From the human T2T-CHM13v2.0 reference genome, Homo sapiens: a DNA stretch of 64,000 bases. The DNA lies in assembly GCF_009914755.1 (NCBI RefSeq), contig NC_060936.1; one strand, written 5' to 3'. Below, piece after piece: positions 1-17,280 of this stretch (position 1 is the stretch's first letter; each line of letters opens with the position of its first letter). The position numbers and the translations under genes are program-made. A model generated the notes under the pieces. The model did no database searches. It was not told the DNA's origin and saw nothing but the letters and a program-made list of their open reading frames with translations.

Positions 1-481
1 TTCATTTGGAGGACTGATAGACATTTGGAGGACTTCTCAACTTTAGCTATTGAAACTCAGTGATATGCATGTGAATGTATATGTATTCTGATAAGAGTAT
101 AAATGCTGGGTCTTAGGATGTGATCCTTCATCTTAATCAGATAATGCCATACTCGGCCGAAATGATGTCACAGATTTATAATTCTAGGAGTGGTGTATGA
201 AAATTCCCATTGTGTCATATCCTTTCCAAAATAAGTAATGTCAATTTCAAATACTCTTTTGTTATAAGCAAGTGTACTTATACTGGAGATACTTCCTTTA
301 ATCAATCATTATGTCAAATGACTTTGAAAAAATATAATTAGTTAACAGCATACTGTAAGGGATATTTCAGGATTGTTGAACAACTCTTAAAAGGACTCAA
401 AGAAAAAAATATTGAAATATAAAAATAGTCTACAAGCTTAATGTAGGTGTCCATGGGAAAATATAAATATATTATTGTTGT

Positions 482-1420
482 TATTGAAAAAATGATTGGT
501 AGTAAACTTATCATGTCTGAATTTTTTTAAAGGCAGGCCTGATATCCTGACGAGATTCCCTTTACCTGACTTTTACTTCTATTCCTGATTCCTAAGTGTG
601 CAGTAATGTTGTTTTTCCTTTTAAATTCTGTGACCAATGTCAAACAGGAAAGCATCTCAATAGGCCAACGGATGTAATCAATGCTCTCTTTATGGAAAAT
701 ATGATAATTTCCAAAACAGCTCAAATTAACTCTTGTTCAAACACAATGTCCTTGCTGTAAGATAAAATTTTCCACATCGTTGTTGAAGTAAAACCTGAAT
801 TCTCATCTACTAGCATGCCAATGAAGAGTTTTTTAAATGTTCTGCAATTTTTTCCTTGTTTAAACTCTCCATAATTTGTGTTCAGCAATTTAACAACCCA
901 ATACACAGATGACACATTGGTTTTATTACCTGGTAAAGGGAGCTTGGGCATAACTAGGATCATCAACAAAGTAGATTTATATTTTCAACGCCAGTAATAT
1001 GTAGAATGAATCCCATCTTTTCCTACCAAAAGCATTTAAGGTTTTCTTGGGAACCTCAGAAAGGCCAATAATCCTTAAATCCTGGTGGCTACTAATACTT
1101 TTGTATAACTTATTGTTTACAAGCTCATTCATACAAACACATTCACAAACATACACACATACATACATACTCACCCCCTCATGGATAGAAGGAATTTCTG
1201 TCCTCTAATTTCCAAAATGGAAAATTAATTACAGGGACATCATCCAGGTAGAAATAGCCCTGCTTTTCCACTTGGGCTTTTCAGACCATTTTCAATATTT
1301 ATCAAACTTATCGCTCATGCTGAGGCCTTTGACTAAGTTTTTCTCTAGAGCCCAGTTAATACTTAAATATTTATTGTTTAATTAAAATACTCAGCAATTG
1401 TGTAACTATTTTGGGTGACT
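482..1420 (-). pseudogene. Headless TAS2R remnant A1: promoter block plus first 11 codons (MISLLPIIFSI), ATG at 514
   Basis: Minus strand reads TTCAGAC-ATG ATA AGT TTA CTA CCA ATC ATT TTT TCA ATA, versus TAS2R46 [11 protein letters not shown]. Positions 515-1420 align with the upstream blocks of the full TAS2R loci. No TAS2R coding sequence follows. Confidence 0.85.
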
Positions 1421-1715
1421 TGAAAAACACATGTTTCTCACTGAAGAGTCTAGAGTTCTTTGTATATGAATATTTGGTTTCATTTTTCTCCGTTTAATTT
1501 ATTTTTGATTACTTAAAGGATTAAGAGGAATAGATGTTAAAATCAGTCTCCAATCTTGGATTTTATTTCTTTTCCATTTAAAAAGTATAATTGTTTCTAA
1601 GAGAGGATTTTGGAGTCAAACTGCCAAGACAGGAAACCAGATTTTCTGCTTCACATAGCTATGCTCTGAGACTTCATCTTATAACTACTCTGTGCCTCAG
1701 TATAATCATCTGTTC

Positions 1716-2043
1716 ATGATGAGTTCATGTCCTTTGCAGGGACATGGATGAAGCTGGAAATCAGCATTCTCAGCAAACTAACACAGGAACAGAAAACCAA
1801 ACACCACATGTTATCACTCATAAGTGGGAATTGAACAGTGAGAACACACAGACACAGGGAGGGGAACATCACACACCTGGGCCTTTTGGAGGGTGGGGAG
1901 CTAGGGATAGCATTAGGAGAAATACCTAATGTAGATGACGGGTTGATGGGTGCAGCAAACCACCATGGCACATGTATACCTATGTAACAACCCTGCGTGT
2001 TCTGCACATGTACCCCAGAACTTAAAGTATAATTTTAAAAAAT
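1716..2043 (+). mobile_element. L1PA 3'-end fragment
   Basis: L1PA 3'UTR text (GAGTTCATGTCCTTTGCAGGGACATGGATGAAGCTGGAA ... GAACTTAAAGTATAA). Confidence 0.9.
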
Positions 2044-6913
<4,870 letters not shown>

Positions 6914-8304
6914 AGAAATTCCTAAACTTCCTATATCTGTTTACTGATAAGGTAAATTAATATGTCCACATAATGTTAAAATACCAAAAATGTAAAATTA
7001 TGCTTTCAAATAAACTGAATACAAATTATGAAAAACTCCACATATTGACAGTAATTATTTTCTCTAGCCTATCAGCTTAAATTTAATTTCCAAGATTCCT
7101 GGTGCAATTTAAGACCTTAGACTAATATTAAATTCAGTGAGTTGATGAAAATCTTCGGATAATTTCTAGTTAAGTTGGAATACTGAAATGTGGTCACCAA
7201 TCAAAGTTATATAATAAATAAATATAACTTTTATTCTTATATTTTATGGAGTGGCTATTTGTTTGGATTACACTATGAAACATGGGGGTTTTGTAGACCA
7301 ATTCAAGCAAGTGTAAAAAGGATGTATATGACTATAGAAAGTTGTAATATATGTGCTTGAGAATTTTGCACATCTGCCAAAATAGTTATTTTTAATAGTC
7401 CTCAATTACATAACTTCCAGTTTTCTCCTTGAAAGAGAATTACTTTGATTAGTGTAATTAATAAAAGTAGGAGTTAGAACCAAGGTAGAAACCAGAATGG
7501 ACAAGGAATATGACTGTTATGAAAGGTAATGGAATGTAGTTTAGGTTTTCAAGAATAGAGTATCTTTGCCTAAAGTAATATGTTTTGTTGCTATCTCTGT
7601 CTTCACTGTGCTTGATGATAACTGAAATCTCAATTTAATTATTTTAGCTGGGCTACATGAAGTCTGCCCTATACATGCATGGTATAGGGACCAGACAAAG
7701 CTTTGGATAGTTTATATTCAGAAGTTGGGGCTCCCCTTTTCTGGCCTTCTCCTTTCTCAGATTTTCTCCTGACCTCCTGCTGCTCGTGTTATGCCAAACT
7801 CAGTCCTCTGTTACTTCAACCCAGTAAGTCTACAGTTTTCTTCTGACGTTTTAGTCCTCTGCCTGGTGCACACTAGGGCCAGCTATAAAATCAGGAAACT
7901 CACTCCTTGCTATTCCCTTCTTCCAAGTGCTGACCTCTCTCTAGTATCTGCCTATTTTGTTCATTCTCCATTGCCAATGAATGGCTGTTTTTTAAAATAT
8001 TTTATCCAGAATTTATAAAAAGTATCTGTGGGAGGCTTGGTCCTATGGGTTTTATTTGATCTTTAGTGTAAGAAAAAAATGTTGTATGTATATTTTTCTA
8101 CTTATCATGTTTCCCTCTTTCTTTGGCCCACTATTTCATGTAGAATACATTGACAGTCATTAGTTTTACAACTTAGTCTACAGATTCTGAATTATAGAGA
8201 ACAGCTCATGATGGAATTGGGGAGAATATTGGCATCATCCGGAGATGATACATTTGTATCAGGATGAAATTGGAAAAGGGAGCACATTTCTGAATCATCA
8301 AGAT

Positions 8305-8580
8305 TAGTGGTTTGAAAACACGTCTAAGTGCTTTGACTCACCTCATATGGATAGATGGAGTCTATTCCCCTCCACATCCAAACTAGCCTTCATGATGTGT
8401 TAAGTAAATGTTCTGTCACAGAACTGACACAGAAGAACTTCCAATGTTTAAAAAGCCGGCGCCTTCTTGTCACATGTGCCCTTGGGGCCTTGAGCCAAAT
8501 GCTGGAGAACCTATGTCAAGAAACAAAATAAAAATAGAAAGAGATGCTTGAGGAGCCTCAGCTCACTGCCCACCCACAGT
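8305..8580 (+). mobile_element. Old MaLR LTR fragment (MLT1H-like)
   Basis: AGTGGTTTGAAAACACGTC...CTTTGACTCACCTC...AGATGGAGTCTATTCCCCTCC resembles the recalled MLT1G/H 5' consensus. Confidence 0.55.
8342..8510 (-). other. Candidate 169-nt non-coding internal exon (probably of the long PRH1 / PRH1-PRR4 / PRH1-TAS2R14 transcripts that span the cluster)
   Basis: Strong acceptor TCTCTTTCTATTTTTATTTTGTTTCTTGACATAG|G (AG at 8512-8511) and consensus donor GAG|GTGAGT (8341-8336). Size and position fit my recollection of a PRH1 5'UTR exon just past TAS2R63P; not verified. Confidence 0.6.
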
Positions 8581-9467
8581 GAAACATATGATTAATACAT
8601 TTCCTATCATCAATATATAGATTAGACAGATAATTTTCAATATTTGCAGAATGTTTCATTCAATTGTGATCCATAGTTTATATACCCTGTTTACATTGAG
8701 TTTATTTTAAGAGAGGGAATAATTGAATTTTTTTGAGAAATATTAAGAATGGGAGACAAAGGGAAAATTGGAAATTCAAGGGCTCAGAGGTGGCTAAGCA
8801 AAATAAATGGAAATACTTGACATCAGATGTCAATTTAAAAAAAAAAAGGTTTTCTTTAATTCAAAAAGTGGAAGAAACAACTTTTCTAACTACACATTAA
8901 AAAATTATAACAGCACTGAAAGTATCATGATCATGTATCTTCATTCCTATTATAGAAATGATTTTTTTCTAATCTATTCACATACTACTATTAAATCCAG
9001 TATCCTTTAGAACAGTTTTTGGTATACACATACAAAATTTACTCTACTTATGTATGTATGTTTGTCACTCAAATTTTATTGTGTGCATCATTAGCTAACA
9101 ACCATTCTATTTGCTTTATAATAAATATAAAATAAGAATTCATAATGAAATAAAACCTACCCCAAAGATCCATTCTCATCATTAATTTAGAATTGAATGT
9201 TTTTACCATCCAAAAAATTAGAGGTTCAAACAATGATAGTTAAGTACATATATGTGGTACAAATTACAATGGAAAACAACAATGATTTCCTGATAAAAGC
9301 TGTAAGTTCCTAATTATAAATAGAGGTAATAAATTCTTCACATGAAATACCATAGGATGAACTATCATAAAATATACCTACATATATATGTGAAATATAC
9401 TCGGCTTCATAATTTGTGGTCAATGTTGTTATTCACACACATGCACACATATACCCACACACACATA

Positions 9468-9482
9468 TGTGTGTGTGTGTGT

Positions 9483-9527
<45 letters not shown>
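9468..9527. repeat. Compound microsatellite (TG)n + (TAGA)11
   Basis: Read directly; TAGA run at 9484-9527. Confidence 0.97.
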
Positions 9528-9656
9528 CTTTTCTAGGTATCTGTTTTGAAATTATTCAAATATATACACTAAGGAAAAACGAATGGAAATATAAAATGTT
9601 CCAGATACCGTCAGTTTGTTTTCAGCTAAAAGATACACAATGCTCCCTTTGTGAAT

Positions 9657-10586
9657 CTATGGAGTTGAGGGTTTCTGTCCTTTCACTCAGCATTTCACCT
9701 GTCACAAAGCTGAAAGAAAGGTCTGTTTTGGCTTCCTACTTCCCATAGTCAGGATGAATGAGTGGAACAAAGGATACATGAATCCAAGAGTTTGGTAAAG
9801 CAGGAATACAAGTTTGCTCTGCTGAGTCCTAGGATTCCAAGTTGATGTGATTAGACACAGAAAGTAAATGGCAAATAACATAAGGAAGGAGATCACAGTT
9901 TGCAAAGCTTTTATGTGCACCTTGGTGCTGAGATGTTGAGATCCTTTGCCATGGAGCTGCATCTTCTTGACATGTTTACATGGAGAATAGATTAACAGCA
10001 GAAAAGATATTAGTGTCAGAGTGCAGGGTGTGACGTTTGCTGGCATGGTTACAGTCAAGTTTGAAAGCTGTATTGCATTCCTCAATTTGATCATCCAAGA
10101 CAAATTTCCTTCATATTCTTTTGTCCACACACTCTCACCCATGGTTATCAGAGCAAGATTACAAATGAAAAATACCAAGGGCCCCAACAGCATCACCAAA
10201 CCAACATTCTTAATCCTCTTCTTTAGGTGGAGAAAAATAAGGTTGGAGAAATTGGCAGTCTTGAGCAAATGAAATATGCTGAGGCTAGTAACACCCAGAT
10301 GCTGAAATGCTTGGTTATTGCTGAGACATTAGAACCAAAAATTCTTACTTCTAATCTATATGAAGCCAAATTAAACACAGTTGCATACCAATGTAATAAT
10401 ATGACCCAGAGTAAACCAATTCTGGACACCACCAGAGCAGTGAGAAATTTGGTCAGCTGATGAGATCTTTTGTGTCTTAACCCACTCAAGGACACCTACT
10501 AGAGCTATGAAGCCATTGGCAACATTTCCAAGAACAAATGCAAACACTACCAGAATTGATAAAATGATGAGCAGAAAACATATCAT
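9657..10586 (-). pseudogene. TAS2R63P: TAS2R pseudogene (TAS2R63P by position)
   Basis: ATG at 10586 ([29 protein letters not shown]); +1 insertion at ~10446; stop at 10371 in the shifted reading; compensating -1 deletion at ~10292; premature TGA at 9702; ancestral TAG at 9657, 930 nt from the ATG. The name comes from recalled gene order, not from sequence diagnostics. Confidence 0.8.
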
Positions 10587-11408
10587 GTTTGAACAAATGA
10601 AAAGAAAGAAAAAATGCAGCCTTAATAACACTGGTTGTGATTCCCTTAATATCCAGACCTTAATGTCGATAAACACTTGACTTTTAAATGTGCAGTAACA
10701 TTTTCTGCCTTTAAATTCATGACTAATTTCAACAGGAAAGCACCATCATATGCTAATGGATGAATTCAAAGCTGTCTTTATAGAAATAGAAAATATTCTT
10801 ATTCTCAAAACAGCTCAAATTCACTCCTCTTCATACACTGTCTGTCTTACTATATGCTGAAATATTTTATATTGAGGATGAAGTGAAAAGTAAATTCTCA
10901 TGTGTTAGTATGCAAATAAAGGCATTTTTTAAATTGTTTTGCAATTGTTGTCCTTGCTAACCTCTCCATAATTTGTGTCCAGCATCGTCAGTTGTTACAT
11001 AGGGAAATTTTAAAACCCAATACACATATCATACAGTACAGGTTTAAATTGTTTAAGGAGCTTGGTCATAACTAGGATAATACCAATATGGTTTGTTTAA
11101 TACCAGAATCTAAACCTTTTATCAATATCATCCAAGATTATTTTGGAAAGTCCTGGGAGGCCAATACACCTTAAAATCTGGTTTCTGATAACCAATACAT
11201 TTATATGACATCATTGTTAATAAGCTCCTCAATACATAGACACACATGCACTCACACACTTAGCAGATGCAATGAATTATTTTCTTATAAATCCCCAATT
11301 GGAAAACGAGTTTCCCCAGGAGGTCATCTAGGTGGAATTAGTCATATTCCACTCAGGGTTGTCAGACAATGAATAATATTTATCAAACATGTTTCTCATG
11401 CTTGGGCC

Positions 11409-11916
11409 TGCCAAGACCAGCTCGGTTGTGGAGACCCTAATCCTGTGGCGCCAGAGGAATTAAGACACACACAGAAATATAGTGTGTGGAGTGGGAAATC
11501 AGGGGTCTCACAGCCTTCAGAGCTGAGAGCCCCAAACAGAGATTTACCCACATATTTATTGACAGTAAGCCAGTGATAAGCATTGTTTCTATAGATTATA
11601 GATTAACTGAAAGTATTCTTCAGGGGAAACAATGGGATGGGCCGAAACAAAGGGATGGGTCTGGCGAGTTATCTGCAGCAGGAATATGTCCTTAAGGTGC
11701 AGATCGCTCATGCTATTGTTTGTGGCTCAGGAATACCCTTAAGTGGTTTCCTGCCCTGGGTGGGCCAGGTGTTCCTTGCTCTCATTCTGGTAAACCCACA
11801 ACCTTCAGCATGGGTGTCATGGCCATCACGAACATGTCACAGTGCTGCAGAGATTTTATTTATGGCCAGTTTACTGGGGCCAGTTTATGGCCAGATTTGG
11901 GGGCCTGTGCCCAACA
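11409..11916 (-). mobile_element. Solo LTR MER9 (HERV-K HML-3)
   Basis: Minus strand begins TGTTGGGCACAGGCCCCCAAATCTGGCCATAAACTGGCCCC; TG...CA ends; 6-bp TSD TGGGCC/TAGGCC; empty site at ~42517. Confidence 0.88.
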
Positions 11917-14900
11917 TAGGCCTTTGGTAAATTTATTCTCAAGTCTGTTTTTTGTTTAAATATTAATTATTTAATTAAAACAGTCAGCAATTTTGCAAAT
12001 ATTTCTAAGTACGCTACACTTTGTCATATAATCCTGCAGTATCCTCCCACCACAGGCAGGGTGACTACCTGGAACTTGGACTCTGAATTCACTCATGTAA
12101 TTTGCTTCAGTGAACAGCAAATTAGTAGACTTTACACAGAGATTTAAGACGGTTTCCATATTGGAGTTTCTTGCTCTTTTCCATTCACCATGAGAACATC
12201 ATCTGGTGAGTACACTGTTCCCAGAAGAAGAATGAGAAACTAATGGAGTCAGAATGCCACTGCTTTATCCAGCCTAAATCAGCCAAAGTAGCTTCAAGAT
12301 GCAGAATGTGGCCCATCTCCAATCACCACAGCCATCCACCAAACCTAGCTGACAAAAATGAAATCCAAAGACACATGAGACACAAATATCTAATGCAGTT
12401 TTGGAGGATTTTCTCTTGCAGAAAAACTTAAGTGATATAGGTATTCTGCTAAGCCAAGCGTGTGGGAAACATGTCCACCCCTGTTGTGTCAGGAATTCAG
12501 GATCCAAGGGAAAAATAGATGGAAAATGTCAATGTTTTGTCACATGAAGTAGATAATTAAAACTAGAAGAAATATCTACTGAAAAATCTGGGGTTGGCAG
12601 GAAACATCTTGTCAAATTTTCAGTAGTCACAACTAAAATCAAAAATTTTCTAATTAAAATCTTTTAGAGCTGTACATGAATGTATACAGTGTATTTTTCC
12701 CTTTGGTATATAATGAGCAGAATAATAATAATTTTCATGGAACATTTCTTCTGATTAATAATTTTTATATTATAACTAGACTGCACACTTAGAAATGAGC
12801 CAAAACAAAAATGGAAAACATAGCAATATGTCATAAACACTCATGTAACCATCAGGTAGGGCAAGACATGGAATGTTGCTAACAGCCTAGGTTTACCTCA
12901 ATGTGTTTCCATCCCTCTACACCTTTCTTCACACCTCCTGTAATACGCAACGTCCATAATTTATGATGATCATTTTTTAAAATTTTTCTTTATACTTTAC
13001 CAACTAGGTATGCAACCCTAAACTCAATAGCTTGGTTTGGTCTGCTTGGAACTCTGTATAGATACAATCCTATATGTTCGTATTCATGGCTTCCTGTGCT
13101 CAACATTATGGATCTGAAATGTAATCACATAACTGCATGTACATGTGATTCATTTCTTTTCACTTCTCTATGTTTTTCCATTTTATGATTTTATTGTAAT
13201 TATTTATTCATCCTTATTTGATGTACATATGGGCAGCTTCTTTTCTGAGCTGTTAGAATAATTCTACAATGAGCATTCTTTCACATATCATTTGCTACAA
13301 TTCCTTTGCATATATATAGCTGGGTGTAGAATTACAGCGTCCTTGATTATGACATTCAAATTCTCCTCACAGACATAGAAAAGCCCAAAACACAGTTTGA
13401 CTAAATTTATTCCTGTCACCTTTATCTCCAGTCTCTTTATTGCTATTTGCATATATCTTATCAATTATACATTTAATCCAACAAGACAATATTGTTTTAT
13501 ACAGTCAACATTTATTTAGAATTACACACTTATTTTTCGTCATTAATTTTTATTGCTCCTTGCATGTTCAACTTTGTATTTTCAGTAATTTTTATTATAT
13601 CTGAAAAATATCATTTTCAATTTCTGTTTATGAAGGTCTACTACTCTTTGGAAACACACTGAAGACATGATTCCATTGAATTCCTCCTTCCATATTTTCT
13701 GTTAAAATCAGGTTGTATTTAGAATGCAGTTCTTATCAACATACTCTATCTTCTACCTCTAGCTACTTTTCAGATTTTCTACTGGTCTTTGGTGTCCTGT
13801 ATTATTTTTTGTTAACTTGATTTTAGTTATCATGCCTGAAGTTTGTGATTACTAAAGATATATGCTGGGATACATTTTCACTTTTGGAAAAATCCCTGCA
13901 ACATTTCTCTCGCTCTGTTTTCTCTCCTCTAATCTTACAGAACTCTACAAGTATGTTAGGTGTTTTGATGATAGCATCAGTGTGTTACCCTCTAGCCTTG
14001 CATTTTCCATTTCTTTCTCTCTATGCTTCATTCTGTGTAGCTATCTTCTAATTCACTAATTATCTCTTCTAGTGCTCTAACTGGTTGACTCTTTCTATTG
14101 GATTCTCAGTACTGATATTTCATTTTTTTAGTCTTATTGTTTTAGTGTTCAGAATAATCTTTTATTCTCTTTCTGAACATTATTTTCTATAGGAAAACTG
14201 AACAAACTACTCTTAACACTCTGTTCTTTTTAAAAATGTTTCTGATTTTTTTGATTTTTTTTTTTGTTTTAGTATGTTAGAAATGAAAACGGTAACAATT
14301 TTCTTCTTTTCCCAACACTTTAGTCAGAGAATAGAATAAAAGCTTTGTGTTAGAATTTACCTTCAATTTGAAAGAAACTGGAAATTAAGTTGATGTGAGT
14401 ACCTTTTTTTGGATATTAGCTTGTCTGTTGCTGGGTCCCCACCACAAACTCTGCTCAAAGGGAACTCAAAGAGCAGCACTGGATTTCAAAATATCATTGC
14501 AATAGATAAAATATAGTTCATTAACCACAGATACATCATTGTATTCCATGACATAATTTTCACTTTGCTTATGTTGTTGAAAAGGTGCTCTGTGCCTTTG
14601 AATTACATCATTATCCAAATGATATAGACAAGATGTGGGGGAGAGCTTACTTCTGTTTGATTTATTTAGCCCTAAAATCCTCTCTTTAGAAATAAGAGCT
14701 TGATCATGAAATGGTTTATTTATTTTTCTTACTAAGCAATTTTATTTATACTAAAATCAAAATCTTTTTATAGTGTTCCTTGGATTAGTTTAATATCATC
14801 TATAATTGTTTTCTTAAGCAATGTATTTTAAACTACACTACACTACACTTAACTTTCTAAATCTCAATGTATTCAGCCTGACATGAACTTTGCTGTTTAC

Positions 14901-15146
14901 TAATGTAACTTTCCCACAATGATATCTCTTGGAAATTACATAGACGTTACCCAAATTATGTATGTAAATATTTCAGAAATAAATCATTTAATAAGACAGA
15001 TGTAAATGTAGATGATGATAATAATGATGATGATGTCACCTGAAAGGGAGAATGTTACTAAATAATTGTGATTCGAGTCTTCTTTTCAAAGCACTAGAGT
15101 TAAGGGTGGTGGGAGAACACTATTATTCATCCTCATGGCTTTACAT

Positions 15147-15447
<301 letters not shown>

Positions 15448-16123
15448 CGATTCTTATATTATTCTCAGAATCAGGCCTAGACAAATACCCTCACATAGTA
15501 TTTCATCAAGAGTAACACAAAATCAACATATTTCTAATGATTTGCAAGATATTTTTTCTTTTACCACATTCTAAAAATTACCCCAAAAGTGACCTCTAGC
15601 AAAGAATACTCTCTTTTTGGCTGTTTAATTTTATTCCACTTTTATATGAACTTACACAAATACTCTGTGCAATTATAAAGTGTATAAGCTTCATCTTTTA
15701 ATAGCATTATTAACAAGTGAAATTCTCTCTACTGTTTATTTTTAATCTCAGCTACTGTCACAAAATCTGGGTGATTTTATTACAGCAGTCAAAGTAGTTA
15801 CACTAAATATGCTTTATGCCTCAACAAAATTATCTTTCTACTAATTCTTCTCTAATATTCAAAAACTTTGTACTATCAAAATATTTTTCCTCACATATGT
15901 GTACACATGCATGGTATAATCTTTGAATGGTAAAAATGGGCATAATTATTTCATTTAGAGATAAATTTATAAAAATTGTCCTGTGTATTTAATATCTATA
16001 TTACTATAATTTATTGGAAATTCACTAATTTCTGCCTCTTTGAAATGTTATCATAAATAATGAAATTGGAAATAAGAAAAAAAGGTGTCTAGTGTAATAC
16101 AGATGCTCAGAATCTGATGTTTC

Positions 16124-16512
16124 TTTTTTTTTTTTTTTTTTTTTTTGAGACGGAGTCTTGCTCTGTCACCCAGGCTGGAGTGCAGTGGCGAGATCTCGGC
16201 TCACTGCAAGCTCTGCCTCACTGCAAGCTCCGCCTCACTGCAAGCTCCGCCTCACTGCAAGCTCCGCCTCACTGCAAGCTCTGCCTCACTGCAAGCTCCA
16301 TCTCCCAGGTTCATGCCATTCTCTTGCCTCAACCTCCGGAGTAGCTGGGACTACAGGCGCCTGCCATCAGGCCTGGCTTATTTTTTGTATTTTTAGTAGA
16401 GAGGGGGTTTCACCGTGTTAGCCAGGATGGTCTCCATCTCCTGACCTCGTGATCCACCCAACTTGGCCTCCCAAAGTGCTGGGATTGCAGGCATGAGCCA
16501 CCGCACCCGGCC
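16124..16512 (-). mobile_element. AluY with an internal 6 x 17-bp tandem repeat
   Basis: Perfect 15-bp TSD AGAATCTGATGTTTC (16109-16123 and 16513-16527); empty site at ~46700. Confidence 0.95.
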
Positions 16513-17280
16513 AGAATCTGATGTTTCATAGTAAAACTAACATTAAGAATGTGGAGGTAGACTTCCTGCTTATCTCTTACTTTTTAAAATATTTAAAGAA
16601 AAGTTTAAAATTTTATCTTGGATTTCTTACTATCATAATGCTCTATTCTTCTTTATTCAGCAAAACTCTAATTATCATGATGTCTATAAGAATATGTTTT
16701 TTCAGCCTATTTTATATTTATTTATTATATGATTTGCTTTTTAAGTATTTTCATTATTGTGAAGCATATTTATAAAGTAATAAAGCCTAAATGTACAGTA
16801 AATTAAAAAATTATGGCATTAAGAGTCATGTTATCACATCTTGGTCATAAAGTAGAATTTGCCAGCAATCCAGACACTCCCCATATATGCCTTCCTGTTG
16901 ATATCATTTCCCTTTTGTTTCCTCCATCCCTACTATCCCAATTGTTATGATAATCACTCACATGTCTCACTTTAGAATTTCGCCACCAATGTAATAAATT
17001 GTAATTTATTAAAAATATTTTTTGTAAACTTTATATAAATGGAATTATACTGAATCTTTTTTCAATTTTAATAATTCCTCTCATATCGATGTTGTCCAAA
17101 TACGTTCATTTTCCTTTTTATTTATATTCTTTGTAAACTTGTCTCTCTAGTTGGTTCATTTTGATTGCTGTATAGTGTTCTATTGTACAAGTGTGCCATA
17201 ATTTATTTATACATTTTATCACTGACGGAAATTTGAGAGACTTCTCAACTTTAGCTATTAAAACTCAGTGATATGAAAGA

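Noticed and set aside
1716-1760. This L1 fragment starts about where the 17281-18073 L1 fragment ends, suggesting one split element
   Set aside because: They are in the wrong order, differ within the overlap and share no TSD; probably coincidence.
9702-10268. 188-aa TAS2R-like ORF (also 40786-41154 and 41084-41521)
   Set aside because: Pieces of frameshifted pseudogenes without the native start or a full 7TM.
10021-10272. Antisense ORFs recurring over TAS2R CDSs (also 24848, 41145, 54478)
   Set aside because: Shadows of the conserved sense reading frame; lengths and starts are inconsistent.
16117-16421. Repetitive-peptide ORFs in three frames; array superficially like CRISPR
   Set aside because: Translations of a 17-bp tandem repeat in an antisense Alu; no spacers, and the DNA is eukaryotic.
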